DNA of 62,372 nt, filler included, from Sphacelaria rigidula (Eukaryota), in the NCBI GenBank assembly GCA_964200075.2. It is 7 parts of 7 records of this genome, joined end to end, with 100 filler letters (N's around TTAATTAATTAA, not from the genome) between each part and the next. Parts side by side here need not be neighbours in the genome. Positions count along the whole stretch, not along the records: positions 35,701 to 44,524 come from CAXNAA020010018.1; positions 44,625 to 53,448 come from CAXNAA020010019.1; 5 more parts are not named here. One strand, written 5' to 3'. Position 1 is the first letter of the stretch; each line of letters starts with the position of its first letter. The notes under the pieces were generated by a model. It made no database searches. It worked only from the letters and a program-made list of their open reading frames with translations, and was not told where the DNA came from. Position numbers and translations under genes: made by a program. Below, piece after piece: positions 35,900 to 49,225 of the stretch.

Positions 35900-38140
35900 G
35901 AACAGTAGCGGTGACGGGAACATTACCCTGCTTTTCGACGACGTGTTCTACTGCGCACAGAAGCACTTCCTATCCAAGCAAAGAGGCAGAGATGAATCGA
36001 TTTTTGCATTGGTCAGCGCCACAGACAGGAGACGACAACCGGGGCATCCCGCGATCTTGTCTCCGCGGCTGTGCTACAATAACCCGCCTGCCCACACATG
36101 GCAACCTGGGTATGTGCTGGTACTATAACATGATGCCAATCTCTGCAGCAATTGGGAATCGCTGAACGAGGACACATAAAGGACACCGGCAAGGAGCTTC
36201 CTCTCCGCCGTCACTCCTCCGGTGATATGGTCATCGACACGCGTGTGCAACGTACTCATTTGGTGCACCTAACGACACCGGCGTCATTGCAACAGAAACT
36301 CTGGTTGCCGAGAAGTTTTCCCGTGGTTACTGTTTGGCGTGAATTGTCCATTTTTCGAATTGGGGTTGAACCCCATTTTAGTGTTTTACCCCAAAATTTA
36401 GAATCGGCTGTTTGGTTGCGTTTGTTCTTGTAATCAGGCTGGAGTCTCAGAAAAAAGTGACGAGGACTCTATGTCTTGTAAGAAATAGCAGGGGCGGTCA
36501 ATATTGCAAAGACGAGCCCACGTCTGCGACCGCGGGTTCGAGAGATCGGACAAATGTGCGGAAATGATAATTAGATAATGATAAGACACGCTCTTATCGA
36601 GAAAAAAGGGGGGAGAACGGAACCAAGCAAAAAGAAGCACGTGCATTGGTCGCCGAAATACAACCCTCCCCCCCCCTCCCCCCCCTCAGAAAAAGATGGC
36701 AGCGCTTTTTACCATGCGGCGGCGCTTTTTTGTGGGCAGTGGCGCATTTTTAAAAACGAATATGTTATACGAGTAACATATCAGGCTATTCTCTAGACTT
36801 AGCTGGGCTGCTCGCAGTGAAAGGCAACATGAACCAGCGGCGCAAAGATGATATTGGCTGCGGTACACATCTGTCACACAGCCCGGACCTGAGCTCAAAT
36901 TGACTTCGGATCTCTCTGTCCCAGGATAGACATGGAATAGCTCGAGCCGTAGCTTTTGATTAACTGAGTCCGACTCGTTCGTTGGAGGAAAATCTGGTTA
37001 AAAGTGAATGAGACACGATGATTTATGTCAGACATGCAGGCGCCGTGTAACACCCACAAATGGTCAACGACCGCATCTCGAGCGAGTTTTGTTGCACAAG
37101 CGCAGCTGGCCTTCTTCCGACACGCAACGGATTGCCGTGAAACAAAGGGCACTGTGTATAGACTAGCAAGAGCCAGCGCCAGGCGCGATGCACTTGTGCG
37201 GTGGATGTATGTGCGTGTTTGATCGGGCTGGGTTGTGAAGGTGAATAAGCTGGTTCAGGGTGAACGGCAAAAAATTACTCCCCAGCGGTTTCTAACGCCC
37301 TCTTTTCTCGTTAAACCCTGACAACTTGGACGCGTATGCTCTGGCACGTCTTGAAACTCTATGAAGGATGGTCGTTTTTCATTTCTACGCCAGGTATCCG
37401 GGGTCACAGGGAGCGGTGTGGCATACATCACACCGCCTCCCGGAGCCCTGAATATCTGACGTGAAGAAAAAGAGACTTCATGAAGACAGTCATCATGCAG
37501 CCACACATCACACCGTCCCCTCGGAACCCGGATATTTGACATCAGAACAAAAAAAAGAAGAAAACGATTCACACAGAAGTTTAAAATATCTCAAAGCATA
37601 CGTTTGCAAAAATTCAGGGAACAAGAGATCCTCAAAAATGGGGTTCAGCAATTTCAACTTGCCTTCGGGTTTTGGACATTTGTGCCGAAATAGTTTGCGA
37701 AGCGGAACAATTTTGGATGTTTGATTCCTGTGAAAAGCTACGCAGATATGGGTGGGTAAAAAATATGGGTGTACCGGCGTGTCGATGACGATGCCACCGG
37801 CGGAGCAGTGGCGGAGAGGATGCTCCTTGCCCGTGTCCTACGTGTGTCTTCGCTGGGCGATTTCCATTCGCTGCAGATTTTGGCATCAGGTTACCACCAC
37901 ATACCCATTTTGTCGGCCTTTCGTCGGCACGAGACTGGCAGACGGTTAGTTGGACAATCCAACACAAGAACCGGGTTGCCGCATCTTGACCGATGTACTA
38001 GTTTCTTGTCTGTGGCACTGACCGGTGCAAAGATCGATTCCTCTCTGCCTCTCTTTTTGAGCAGCACGTGCCTCCGTGCGCTGCAGAAGATTTCGTCGAA
38101 ACCCCGGGTGATGTTTTTGTCGCCGCTATTCCCTTGCCAT
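35900..38140. repeat. Long diverged inverted repeat (arms about 35900-36420 and 37590-38140)
   Basis: agaggcagagatgaatcgatttttgcattggtcagcgccacagaca near 35983 matches the reverse complement near 38005-38055, and ggcaaggagcttcctctccgcc near 36188 matches 37810-37831. Confidence 0.8.
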
Positions 38141-39074
38141 ATACACACCCGCGAGTATTGACGGTTGCGCCAAGATCCTCTTGGGTGTGAGAGGTGTCAC
38201 CGTTATTATTGGCCTTCGCTTGGTACAAGAACATTCAAACATATCCCGATTGGGGGAATGTACTGGAGAACCCACGACCATAGAGACCTTTTTGACACGC
38301 AGAGTGGAAACAACATACCTCTGGCGGTGGCTCATCCGCTGCTGGTATGGTATACGTGATAGCTGGCATGCTGTACTCTGCGAGCTGCAGCTTTTGTGGT
38401 AAACAGTCGATGCGCGTGCTGGGGGGGGGGTGTTATCTTCATTTTTTCGACAGTTCAGAGGTCATCACAAACGTTTCGATTGCGCGAAATATAATTCCAC
38501 CGGGAGCAAGAGCGTTCTTGTATCATGTGGGCTACTTGCCGTTTCATTTGTTGTTCACGCCGTCGGGAGCTGACTAGAAATGTCTTGTCTGAGCTAGCCT
38601 GGGTTGGGTTCCAAGGAGCCCACCAGCAGCTACCCAAGAAGGATACCCATATTGATTCCTAGTGCCGATTGTTTCTTCCCAAGCTTCACACAGGCAAGGG
38701 AACGGACGTGGGGCATGTCACCCATGCCGAGAAGAGACAGGTCTGTTGACCACACCAAACTACCTCCGGACGAGGATCGTGACATACATGAGTCGCGCTC
38801 AGATGACCGCGTTGTCGCGCGCTTCAACGCGTTGCCACGCGCAGAGTAGCAGCCCATTTGCTTATTCTCATGACGTGTTGCTCCCCTCTCTAAGGCCCAT
38901 GCAGTTCATTGTGACTGCCTGCCCGCAGCCGAAGTGTTTCTATGAACAAAAGGAATACGATTATATGCTGGAATTGGATGTATTTTGATACTCTTGAAAG
39001 GGGGATCCAAAGGTGAGAGAAGATGTTGTCCTCGGCTTCCCTCAGGCGCTAAGAAAAATATATCGTAGTTTTTG

Positions 39075-39390
39075 AACCCCCAGAGAAAATCTCAAGGACA
39101 GGTACACACGCGGCCATTTGGCTACACCCCAAAATGCCTCTGGAGGGATGCGCGGCCCTCCAGGGGGAAAACAAGCCTCCGGAGGCCTTCAATCCCTCTG
39201 GAAGAAACCAAACTCTACAGACCCGGAGGGCCACGCACCCCTCCTGAGGAATTCGGGGGTATGCGCGGCCCTCCAGAGGCAAAAATAAGCCTCCGGAGGC
39301 GTTTTATCCCTCCGGAGGGAACCAAAAAATCTCCTCTGGAGGGCCGCGCACCCCTGCGGAGGCGTTTAATTCCTCTGGAGGCCCGAAAAG
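39075..39390. repeat. GC-rich region built from reiterated palindromic CCTCCGGAGG-like motifs
   Basis: About ten cctc(c/t)(a/g)gagg variants occur within 320 bp. Confidence 0.6.
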
Positions 39391-42142
39391 ATTACCCAGT
39401 CACTCCGCGTGTAAAAGAGGCTGTTTGATTTCGTTTTGGCCGAAAAGCGCCACAGAAAACCATCCCACTTTTCTTATATTTCGCTGCACATCGCGAAGTA
39501 GCTTTTCAGCCACTGTGCAAACCTCTCCTATTATTTCTAGTGAGACAGCGCCACACGAGCTAATATTTCCAACATATCGTTCGCGCGTGACGCAGGGAAT
39601 CGATCGCACGTTCGTTGACTAATCACTCGCGGTTTCAGGCTGATTGCCCGCGTGTGCCAAGCGTCTCTTCCCCTACCCCGCGGCGGGGTAGTCCAGCTGC
39701 TTGTGGCGAAGACGGTTCGGGGCAATGTGGTGAGGATATATGTTCGGCGACGAATATATAATCGGTGGCGAATATTTCTTCCAAATTAGACAGAGATTCG
39801 TTGGTATGACCTGTACGCTCAACTAGGGTTGTTTTCAGAAAATCCGTCGGCGAACGCGGAGTGTCATCATGGAAGTAGCAAAGGTACATGAATCGCGTGC
39901 GATGACTTCAGGCATGAAACCCAAGCAGAACAAGCCGACTCTTGGGAGAAGGCACACCCCTCATTGTTAGGGCCGCCGGCGAGGTTGGGGTGTCCTCCAT
40001 TGTCGTCCATGGTATCAGCAGCGCTGATGAGGTTCATTGACACGTTCAACTGACACCTCAACGTGCCAGTCGGACGTGTCAGTGGGTCAGCCCACCGGCA
40101 GATGTCAAGATGTCAGTGGATGCCGCGGCAGATCTCGCTGACACCATATCCTACTGTGGATGACTACGGGTGTGTTCATTTGTTGAGGCGATATCATATT
40201 TACTTTATGCATAACTGTCGAAATCAGAGGGATATTCGCGTACACTCAAAAGAGCGAAGATAACAAAAGTGTATCATGGATAAAGTGAAATCTGCTTCAT
40301 TTGCACGCATGATATCTGCCAACAGGCTTGCGACATATCAACTCCCTTCCGTTGCCCCCACACGACAGGAAGCCCGACACGGTTGTTTCGCAACACAAAC
40401 GCCGGGCGATCGTGCTATGGATCCTCCTCATCGTGGGCATTATTGTATGTGAGTATTGCAAACAGCACGCAGCGGAAACGATAGAAACTTCCTGTATCCG
40501 CTGAAGAAGTGATACCTTGCGCTACCGCCATATACTAATATACCACTGCTTGAGAAGTGCATGCCGACAGGGATCAAATGACATCAGCCTGTTTTAAGGA
40601 TCGCTTTAGTTTTAGAGAGCGCACCCAGAGATCGACACACATGTACGCACGTCGATGTGACAGATATTTACTGTGAATGCCAAATTGATCGTGCTGCAAT
40701 GTGAGTTCAAGTTCGAGAAATAGCCAACGGCCAACCCTCGTGAGAACCGGGGTCCCCAACGGCGCTTTGGCGCTTTGATTCTTGCACGATTGACTCCGTA
40801 CGATGTGTCCGATCGGCACTGCATATCTGAATGGCCCGCGTTGACCAAAAAGCAACAAACGAAACACACTTTATCTTGAAGCCGTAATGTACTGCTCATA
40901 ACCACCAGTATGAATAGGCCTGTCATTTTTCTAGGCCTTCAGTACAGGCGCATATGTGCACGAATCAATCGCACGTTACGGGGGCGGAGAGGGGCGAGGG
41001 GGACAATGGCCCAGAAGGCGGGGTTTATGGGTGTGATATATAATGACATGCATGTGCGTGTACATTTTTACGGCGTTTAGCGTCACCAAGAGAGCAAAGT
41101 GTCGCTGCGTCATGAAACACATTTCCGAGTACTTTGTGCTGCCTCAAGCAAGGACTCAAATTTGCTTTTTCTCGGAACACAATTCGACCGAACTCCCTCC
41201 TCCTCCCCAAACATGGGTACACTCTCCGCTCCTCCCCCAACCACCGCGAGGAAGGATGGCTTCAGGCGCTTCGCAGCATGTATGGCAACGCTCACCCCAT
41301 TGTCCCTACAGTTTTTTCAAACTTGTACTGTATACCCGTTGGGTCCGTTGGTTTGCGATGTTGAGACAGCGTACAAGCATTGCTTGTGCTGTTTTGACCA
41401 CGCGTACTCGTCGATAGTGTGCCGCTGATGGTATTGTCTTCTATTTGAGCACTTCTGCCATGTAGTCACCATATGTCAGAGCCATTCCCGAGAATTTTTC
41501 CGTCAGTCACTTCCTCTCTCACTAGATTTTTCCCACGTTCTACGTTGCAGATTCTTCTTGGCTGATATACGAGGGAGTGGAGAAGCGAAAAAATCCAAGC
41601 ACGTCCTTCGTCCTTTCGGTGAGATGCTCTGCTCTAAATCTCAAGTGTCGGCGATAAACTTCGCTGCGCGCGGGACGCACCCTCAAGTAGCCACGAGGGA
41701 GTAGATGCACACGTGCTGAGCTCAAGGACACCAACAAGTACAGTGGGACTCCCATGTTCTGGCATCTGATAGCCCAAACCGGTGCTCCATAACTAATGTT
41801 ATAGCGTACATCGACGGCGTTGCGGGTCTTCCTGTGTCTGAGCGTTTCCGGCTACAGACCGTACAAATAGGCTTGTAGAGCTTGTTTTGTGTGACTGGGC
41901 GTGTCTCTGCGTTGCTGCTCTCGAACCACGGCATATATCGGACAGGATTTTGTGTGTCAGCATTCGACGGCAGTGGTTACAAAAAGACTGCAAGTAGTTC
42001 AGGTGTTCGGAAAGGGCCCCTGCTCGCGGCAGGACCATATTTTGCGTTTCCGCGAGGTTGTGATACCCTCGGCAGAGTGAACCAGGATTAAGAGCTTCAA
42101 GATAACACGCCTGCCCCAAGCGTACTGACGGTACCTCAAAAG

Positions 42143-42181
<39 letters not shown>

Positions 42182-44524
42182 CCCCCACCCCCCACCCCCC
42201 GGCGCCGCCCCCCCCGCGCCCCCCAAACAANNNNNNNNNNCCCGCCGCGGGGAAAAACAGGATTAAGAACATGAAGAACACCCCCCCCCCCCAAGCAGAC
42301 TGCACGACCCCCAAAAGCCCCCCCCCCCCCCCCCCCACAGCATCGTACAACACGGCAACTCCTGAACACTTGAGCTTCGCCAGCAGCTGAGAAGCCAACG
42401 CTAGATGTATCTTGTATCACGAGCCATTCCAAAGCGTCCTTCATGGTCGTGGGGTCTATATTTTCCAAGTTGCGGTGCCGCAAGCGTTGTAGCAAGTCCT
42501 GAACTGCCGAATGAACATTTACACCTTCCATAACTTACGGCACTGATGAGAGATGAGGGTTGACTTTGTTCGTCAGTGTAAACAGGGAAAGTTCTTCTCA
42601 AACATTGGACCATCAGCAGTAGTTGATCACGTTACAGCCGGTTATTATACTTTTATTTTGGTCCTATGTTGGCAAACGTTATGTGGACAAAAAGCGAGTT
42701 TCTGAAACTCTCCCTTGGTTCAATAGGAGCCGTCTTAGCTGCGGCGTCTGAGCGATATACCATCGCGAAAACATGGACGCCGGATGTTGATGAAGAAACT
42801 TCGTGAAGCCGTGGCCAGATGCTCATCCTTTTGGGTGAAGGTTTGCAGCTTTCGATAACGAAGAATGGTGGAAACTCATGAAGGGCGTACACCGTGCGTC
42901 GCATGGTATCGTTAGGTGCGGATTAAAACCGACGAGATATTAAACCGAAAGATATGATGAATGGTCCTGGTTGTATTCTGTGAACGTACGTACCGCAGGC
43001 TGCTGGGGATAAAACTCATGATGTAAATACCCCCAATCTTTCACGGTGTCTCCAATGTGTGTGCAATATACAGGACGAAGTATATAAATACCCGGATGTG
43101 TGGGTATGCCTTTTCGATTTCTACGGATGTGATTCACAACCGCTGGAGGAGGAGTGCATCCGATCCCTTCACGCTACAGAGGGAGGGCGAACACGGGCAC
43201 GATATCACCCCGGTGGAGAAAATGAGCAGTACTTAAAAATCCAGGAGACGCTCACGGAAGAGGTGATGACCAGTGCCTGTGCTCCTGCATCCTATCGTTG
43301 GTCTCTCCGTTGCCATATGGTGGAATGATAGTTTGATTTTCACCGATCACGTGGGGCGTGTTTGATGGGCATTCATTGCGCTCAAATATTGATTCATAGA
43401 AAGGAAGTTGAAGAGATTTTTGATGTTTTGAAATACTCGCCAGATCTCCCTACGGTCACCAGTTGTGTTCTTGTAAACGTTTCTCTCAGCAACCAAGAAT
43501 TGCACGATCGAGCCGCATGATAGCCACGATACTCGGGCACCGTCCACTGGTGTGTTCAGTGGGCAAATGAACGGAAATCCCGAGCACTGATTATGGGTTT
43601 TTGTCATGTTGGCATTGGGCAGTCGTATTCCGCCTTGATCATTGTTGGGAGCCGTCAGGGTCATCACCGGCAGCCACGTTTCGACCGGGCATGCTGTGTT
43701 AGGAAACTCCCCGAATTTGTGATTTGCTGCACTCTGCTTCTCCTGGTCTGAAGTTCAAGGATGTTCAATACTGACTAGGAGGGCACAAGCTTCAAGAGTT
43801 TATCCGTGTTCGCCACCAGCACTGGCTGCTGGGCATGACCGTTAGCCTGTGTCCACAGCGTGTTATGTGCGACCGCATTCGCATTATCCAATGTACAAGG
43901 GTCCATTTACCCTGCAGTATTTTCTCAGGCGACACTGGACACGCAGACATCTCACAGCTTTCATTCAATGCTACATGGCCCATTGACTATTCGTCAGCGT
44001 CGTACCTGCGAGTCGTCGGGTAACAGGATTGATGCCTAATGTTGCTGAACCGATTCTCCGAAACGTGGAAAACTTGTCTCAAGGGCAGTTTCCCCCCCCC
44101 GGTGTCAATTGACTAGCCTGGCGGTTACGAGTTCACCGTCATTCCTCTGGAATATTTCTAAGATGACGCTTTGCCCCCTGCACCCCTCGTCGTTCGACGA
44201 TTCCTACCCTCCCACGTCACGCATGGTTTTGTGGGCAGCGCGGATGGTGTGCAGTGATCGAGGCATCAGCTGTGGAGGTCGAACTCGGCAAACAGCGGGA
44301 TCCCGATAATTTTCGAGACTACATACTAGTGGATGTGAGTGATGCACCTCGAATAGACGCGTCGCACTACCGAATGCAGAGACTGTTGAATAGGTCAAAA
44401 TGCTTGAGGACTAACGCAATTCGATGGAGTTCAGAGAATGTGAGGATGGGGTAGTGTGTCGTTTTCGTCGCATATACTTCCTCCAACACATAAGTAAAGT
44501 CGGTTATGGGCTTTCGATCGTTTG

Positions 44525-44624
44525 NNNNNNNNNNNNNNNNNNNNNNNNNNNNNNNNNNNNNNNNNNNNTTAATTAATTAANNNNNNNNNNNNNNNNNNNN
44601 NNNNNNNNNNNNNNNNNNNNNNNN
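44525..44624. other. Artificial contig linker
   Basis: N44-TTAATTAATTAA-N44. Confidence 0.97.
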
Positions 44625-44814
44625 TAGAGTATACTCAATCGCGGGGTATTTTGAAATTCGTACTTGAAGTACACAAATTGGGGGTAGGGTTTCAGGAATC
44701 GCTTCCCAGCTGTTGTTTGGGTACGACTCCCAACACTCCACCCTAACTTGAGTACACCAAGTACGTCTTTCAAAATACCCCGCAATTGAGTATACTCTAC
44801 TCGACCTGCCCTTG
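44625..44814. mobile_element. hAT-like MITE family C, short form, clipped by the contig start
   Basis: Ends in gagtatactctactcgacctgcccttg; same family as 57455-57659. Confidence 0.8.
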
Positions 44815-44981
44815 GAATCTATTATCTTTTGCAATAGGCGCAATAGTCGATATTTTACGCAGTACACTCTTTGGCTGTGTATTCTAGTGTCACTATCCAG
44901 GGTGTCGAGTATACAAGATGGCCGGGCAGCAGGCTGGGGTGGGGCTGGAGGCTGGGCCGCCCCAGATGCGGACAGGAATGT

Positions 44982-45610
44982 GAACACGCGATTATGCTGC
45001 TCAATTTTGCTTCGTTTTTCTGCGAAATGTTGACACGATGTACAAGACGTATGTACGAAGACCCCATCATCTCCTCTCCCATACAGTCTTTTTTCGATAG
45101 TTATTCACGATGTAGTTCCGAACAAAATTGTTTTGAACTGTTTAGTCCCTGATAACTCACGGAGGAAAACAAATGTAGGGGAGAAATGATGGGGTCTTCG
45201 CACATACGTCCTGTACATCGTATCAACATTTCATTGGAAACGACCCAAGGTTGAGCTGCATAATCGCGTGTTCGTGTCGAGGACCGGTTACAAGGTGGAG
45301 ATGGACTAGCCATGAAAAAATGAAACGGGGTTATGCTGTTTAATTTCAAGTACTTTTTCCATGAAATTTTGACCCGATGTGCATGAGGTATGTTGTAAAG
45401 ACCCTATCGTCCCACCTTGACTTTTTTTCTTCTGTTATCTCTCAATAAATTGTTTAGGTTTTTGTCCCAGGAAAACTGTTTTCGTATTTCGATCACCAAT
45501 AACTCACGAGAAAGAAAACAAAATGAGCAGGAAACGATAGGGGCTTCGCACAAACCTCATGTACATCGTGTCGAAATTTCACAGAAAACCACTCAAAATT
45601 GACCAGCGCA
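44982..45610. mobile_element. Two hairpin MITE family B copies (44982-45273 and about 45350-45610)
   Basis: The first has ~90-bp inverted arms, gaacacgcgattatgctgctcaa...ttgagctgcataatcgcgtgttc. Confidence 0.8.
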
Positions 45611-48127
45611 ACCGCGCTTTTTGTTGAGAACCGGTTGACCTGCTTTTGGGGTACAACAACCTCAGCTGGAACTTTGACATTCTCCACAAGTTTTCTTCAC
45701 CCACTGCTCACCGGTTCACACACTACTACCAGTCGCCTTGGCGCGCTGGAGGCCTCATCTGCGTGCCATCTCAGACACTGCGCGCCTATAGTACGACATG
45801 CATTGTTGTACAGCCACAAGCTGTGGAGCACCATCACTTTGCGGCCGCGGCACAACCGACTGTAACCGAAAATGCGATTTCAGCCGTTTTCCCCCCCTAA
45901 TTCTGCCGCACATGTCACCCTTGACTCTCTAAACTTCGCAGCTGACTATAGTTTGGTATTTCGTTTCATGGGAACTTGTCGGATCGCAGTACTCTCACAC
46001 CACGTCGACTCTCGTAAGAACAAAACTTGGGAAAAAACTCATTTTGTGCTAATATACTCATATCCTCAGGCTGTTGACCCATAGAGAGTGACCCCCCCGC
46101 AGGTGGACTGAGGTGGAGGATTATGCCCACATTTGGGGTCCACAGTAGCTCTTTTCTCACTACACAAAACGTATTTTTTTCATGCCCATGTGGATGCTGG
46201 GCATCTATACGAAAAAAGCTCTTTTCGCGCTACACAGGCTGGCTTGCTTACAATTTTTCGTGGGAAACTCCCCGACATAAACGGTTGATTTCTTGAGCTT
46301 TTTGGTTGTTCTGTGAACAGGGCAAGACCCTCCTGTCACCCCCCCTCCTCCCGCCCCCTGAAACCCCCCGGGTGTCCCTGTGGTGTCAATCTGTGAAACT
46401 GTGCCGAAGGGACGTTCGTCATCGAAGGGTTAACGATGGACATCAGATACTTCGAAGAAAAAGTTCGAACCTAATGCATCTACAATAGTGGGAATCGAAC
46501 CCACGCCTCTTCCGACCCACTCATAGCGGCGTTGGTGTTAGTTGTACCATGGGACCATCGGGGCGCGGGCGTAGTGGGTACCCTATGGTTATCCTACGGG
46601 TGCCGCGCAAACGAAGGGAGATTTCAAAGCGTCTCGAAATATGGTTTGCCGAGGGTTTTTCGCCTCCCGAAATTCCCGTGCTTCCGCCGCTTCCAAGATT
46701 GGTCCGAAGGATTGCGTAAAAAACTGACGCTAGACCTTGGCTAGACTCTAAGCTTGGACAAAAAGTAGGGTTCATCATCTGGCCTCATACTACGTCTTAC
46801 ATGAATATATTCACAGCTAAGATATACGGGTTAGGCCTGGGAAAAAATCGGTGCTCCTTTACGAGCGGGTCGTTGCTGTGCAGTTCAGTACAATACGACT
46901 ATACAAGAGGTCAACCGTGGAGCTTGCGACGCAGCGAACAAGATAACGTACTGCAAAGGCCTAAAGCGTGGTATATCGTGACGAGGACGGCAAAAGTTGT
47001 GCTCTATGTCACAACTATGAGGTGTGACACACTGTTCCAGAAGTAGAAGCATATATCTATCATCCTGCCTATGGTCCTACCATGCCTTATCCAACGAAGT
47101 CTGGGTGATGGGGAACAACACCCCCGAGCGATGAACCGTCAACTGTTTTCCAGAGGTTTTCTCCCCGAGATCTATATGGCTAATGCCACCGCAGTCTGGA
47201 GTGTGCATCAAGAGCAGGTTCTCTCATTGAAATATCATTACTAATGGGCTATAAATGGGTAAATTTAGGCACGGCAGGATGTTGGGGTTCAAGACAATCG
47301 AGGTTGGAATCTTGATCGCTGCGGGTGGGGGGTGCTATCCATCGTCAATAGTGCACACTGCGGACTATTACAATACAGTTATAACAGCAGGAGTACGGTG
47401 CCATCGGTTGATAATACACCTGTACGCAGTCGTTTGTTCCAAACTCGCGGTGCAGACAGCAAGAACAAAAACAACACCGATTCCTCCAACTTATTACAGA
47501 CAAGGAAGGGAAAACTTTCGAAAGATCAACACAGCTCAGCTTCGCACCTGCCCCCGGCAAGTACGGCACGATACGTCTGATGTTGAGCAGAACCACAGCG
47601 TTGACAACAAGAAGGAAAATCAGCAGAAGCCTCGTCTTCGCTCCCGCTGCCATGTTCCCCCTATGCTACCGCCGCGTACGGCAGCTAATCACCATGCGCA
47701 CGAAGGAAGAAATAGACGACCTTGTGTCACTCAGCGGACTAGTAACCCACGAGCGCAGATACGTTCCTATACAGACAACGGCTGCCGTTGTCTCCCTCGT
47801 TTGGGGGTTTACGATAGGATCTTCTATCCTTCGACCACGGGTCTGAGCGAATGGTAGAAAGTCTGATGGGAAAAATGAAATATGAAACCGCAAACAAATG
47901 TTCCGATTTTCAGGCATCCATATCTTTGTCTCTGTCCTGCCTTTCGCCTCTAGGCGAACATGTACGGCGTGCATGTAACCGCGGAGGGTTCTTCGGTCTA
48001 CACCCACGCTTGAAGCGAATGACCCTGGGCCATGCTGTTAGTCCATGGACGCAATAAATAATGTGCCCAGACTAGTAGCTGCGGTAACTACGCCCACTCT
48101 TCGAGAGAGACTCGGTAGACACTCGCA

Positions 48128-48439
48128 ATGTATCATCGCAGCCCTGTCACGGTCAAGGCGGGATCAGCGGCACATCGGCGAAGTCCTAGACGCGCCCGGC
48201 CTTCATCATGGGAACCGCGACCATCAACCACTCGAAAATGTAGTGTGCTGTGGACGTCGCTGCTTACTTTAGTGACGTTGAAATTGTCAGGTAGGGGCGT
48301 GCAGGCAGTGTGTCAAAATATGTGCAACGGGCATGGGGAGTGCGGGCTGGAGAATGTGTGCGAGTGCGACGAAGGGTGGGACTTGGTGGCAGACTGCTCG
48401 TTGAAGGCGTGTCCATCGGGTCCATCCTGGGGAAGCAAG
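48128..48439 (+). CDS. First exon of an EGF-like (tenascin/mastigoneme-type) Cys-rich extracellular protein, partial
   Basis: Hydrophobic segment VLWTSLLTLVTL is followed by CQNMCNGHGECGLENVCECDEGWDLVADCSLKACPSGPSWGSK and an aag|gtgata donor. The start codon is uncertain and no downstream exon was found in the contig. Confidence 0.75.
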
Positions 48440-48801
48440 GTGATAGCTATACGCCAGTCCTCGAAAACATGGTGGCACATATTTTGTCTGGCATGATGCA
48501 AAACATCACCGACGGTAAGCATGGTGCAGACAGAGAGAGTAAGCAATATGTAGTGCAGTATTTTTGAACGTGGGGACTGGTTTGCGCCTTTATTTATACT
48601 CGTGGTATTCTGTGGAGTCTCCTTCCAACCCCTGTAGCACCCACGAGCCAGCAAACAGCAGACCGCTTTGTATAAATTCCTGGGTGAGGGGTTTCGAATC
48701 ATTATTTTGGCGGACAAGACGACGCGTTCATATAGACAAGGAGTCCGGGCTCGCTAGGTCATTCCTACGCACATAGGTCGCGCCCTCTACTGGTGGTGTT
48801 T

Positions 48802-49225
48802 CAAGGGCAGGTTGGGTAGGGTGCGTACTTTTGAGTACCCGGGTTAAAATACCCGGGTATGTACAAGAGTTCTATACCCACGATATGGGTAGTTTGATTA
48901 CGGCCTCAAAATACTCTATCCAACTTTCGAATAGATGGGGTACGACCTGACCTACTCTACCCAAATATTGGGTAAACACTCTCAGCAATACCCGAGTATA
49001 GAGTATCACTTGGGTATGACCTCAATACTCTGCCCAAATTTCGGGTAGATTGGGTATGACCTCAACTGCTCTGCACAATTTTTGGGTAGATTGGGTACGA
49101 CCTCAAATGCTCTACCCAAATATTGGGTAAGAACTCTCAGCAATAACTGGGTATTGAGTGTCACTCGGGTATGACCACAGTAATCTACCCAAACTTTGGG
49201 TATGTTGAGTACCCGTTTTTGAAGT
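48802..49225. mobile_element. Family C long form, partial, with internal ~36-bp palindromic repeats
   Basis: Starts caagggcaggttgggtaggg; contains repeats of tactctacccaaa-ttt-gggtagattgggtacgacctc. A further fragment lies at about 49680-49745. Confidence 0.75.

Noticed and set aside
42136..42350. Poly-Gly/poly-Pro ORFs here and at 52280-52480 and 53350-53650
   Set aside because: They arise from low-quality G/C homopolymer tracts next to N gaps.
41500..44524. Decayed retroelement-like coding fragments, including DPDNFRDYILVDV near 44300
   Set aside because: Suggestive of a LINE reverse transcriptase but too degenerate to support a call.
46485..46530. tRNA-like T-arm/B-box (gggttcgattcccac on the minus strand)
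   Set aside because: No cloverleaf or acceptor stem can be built; at most a SINE or tRNA fragment.
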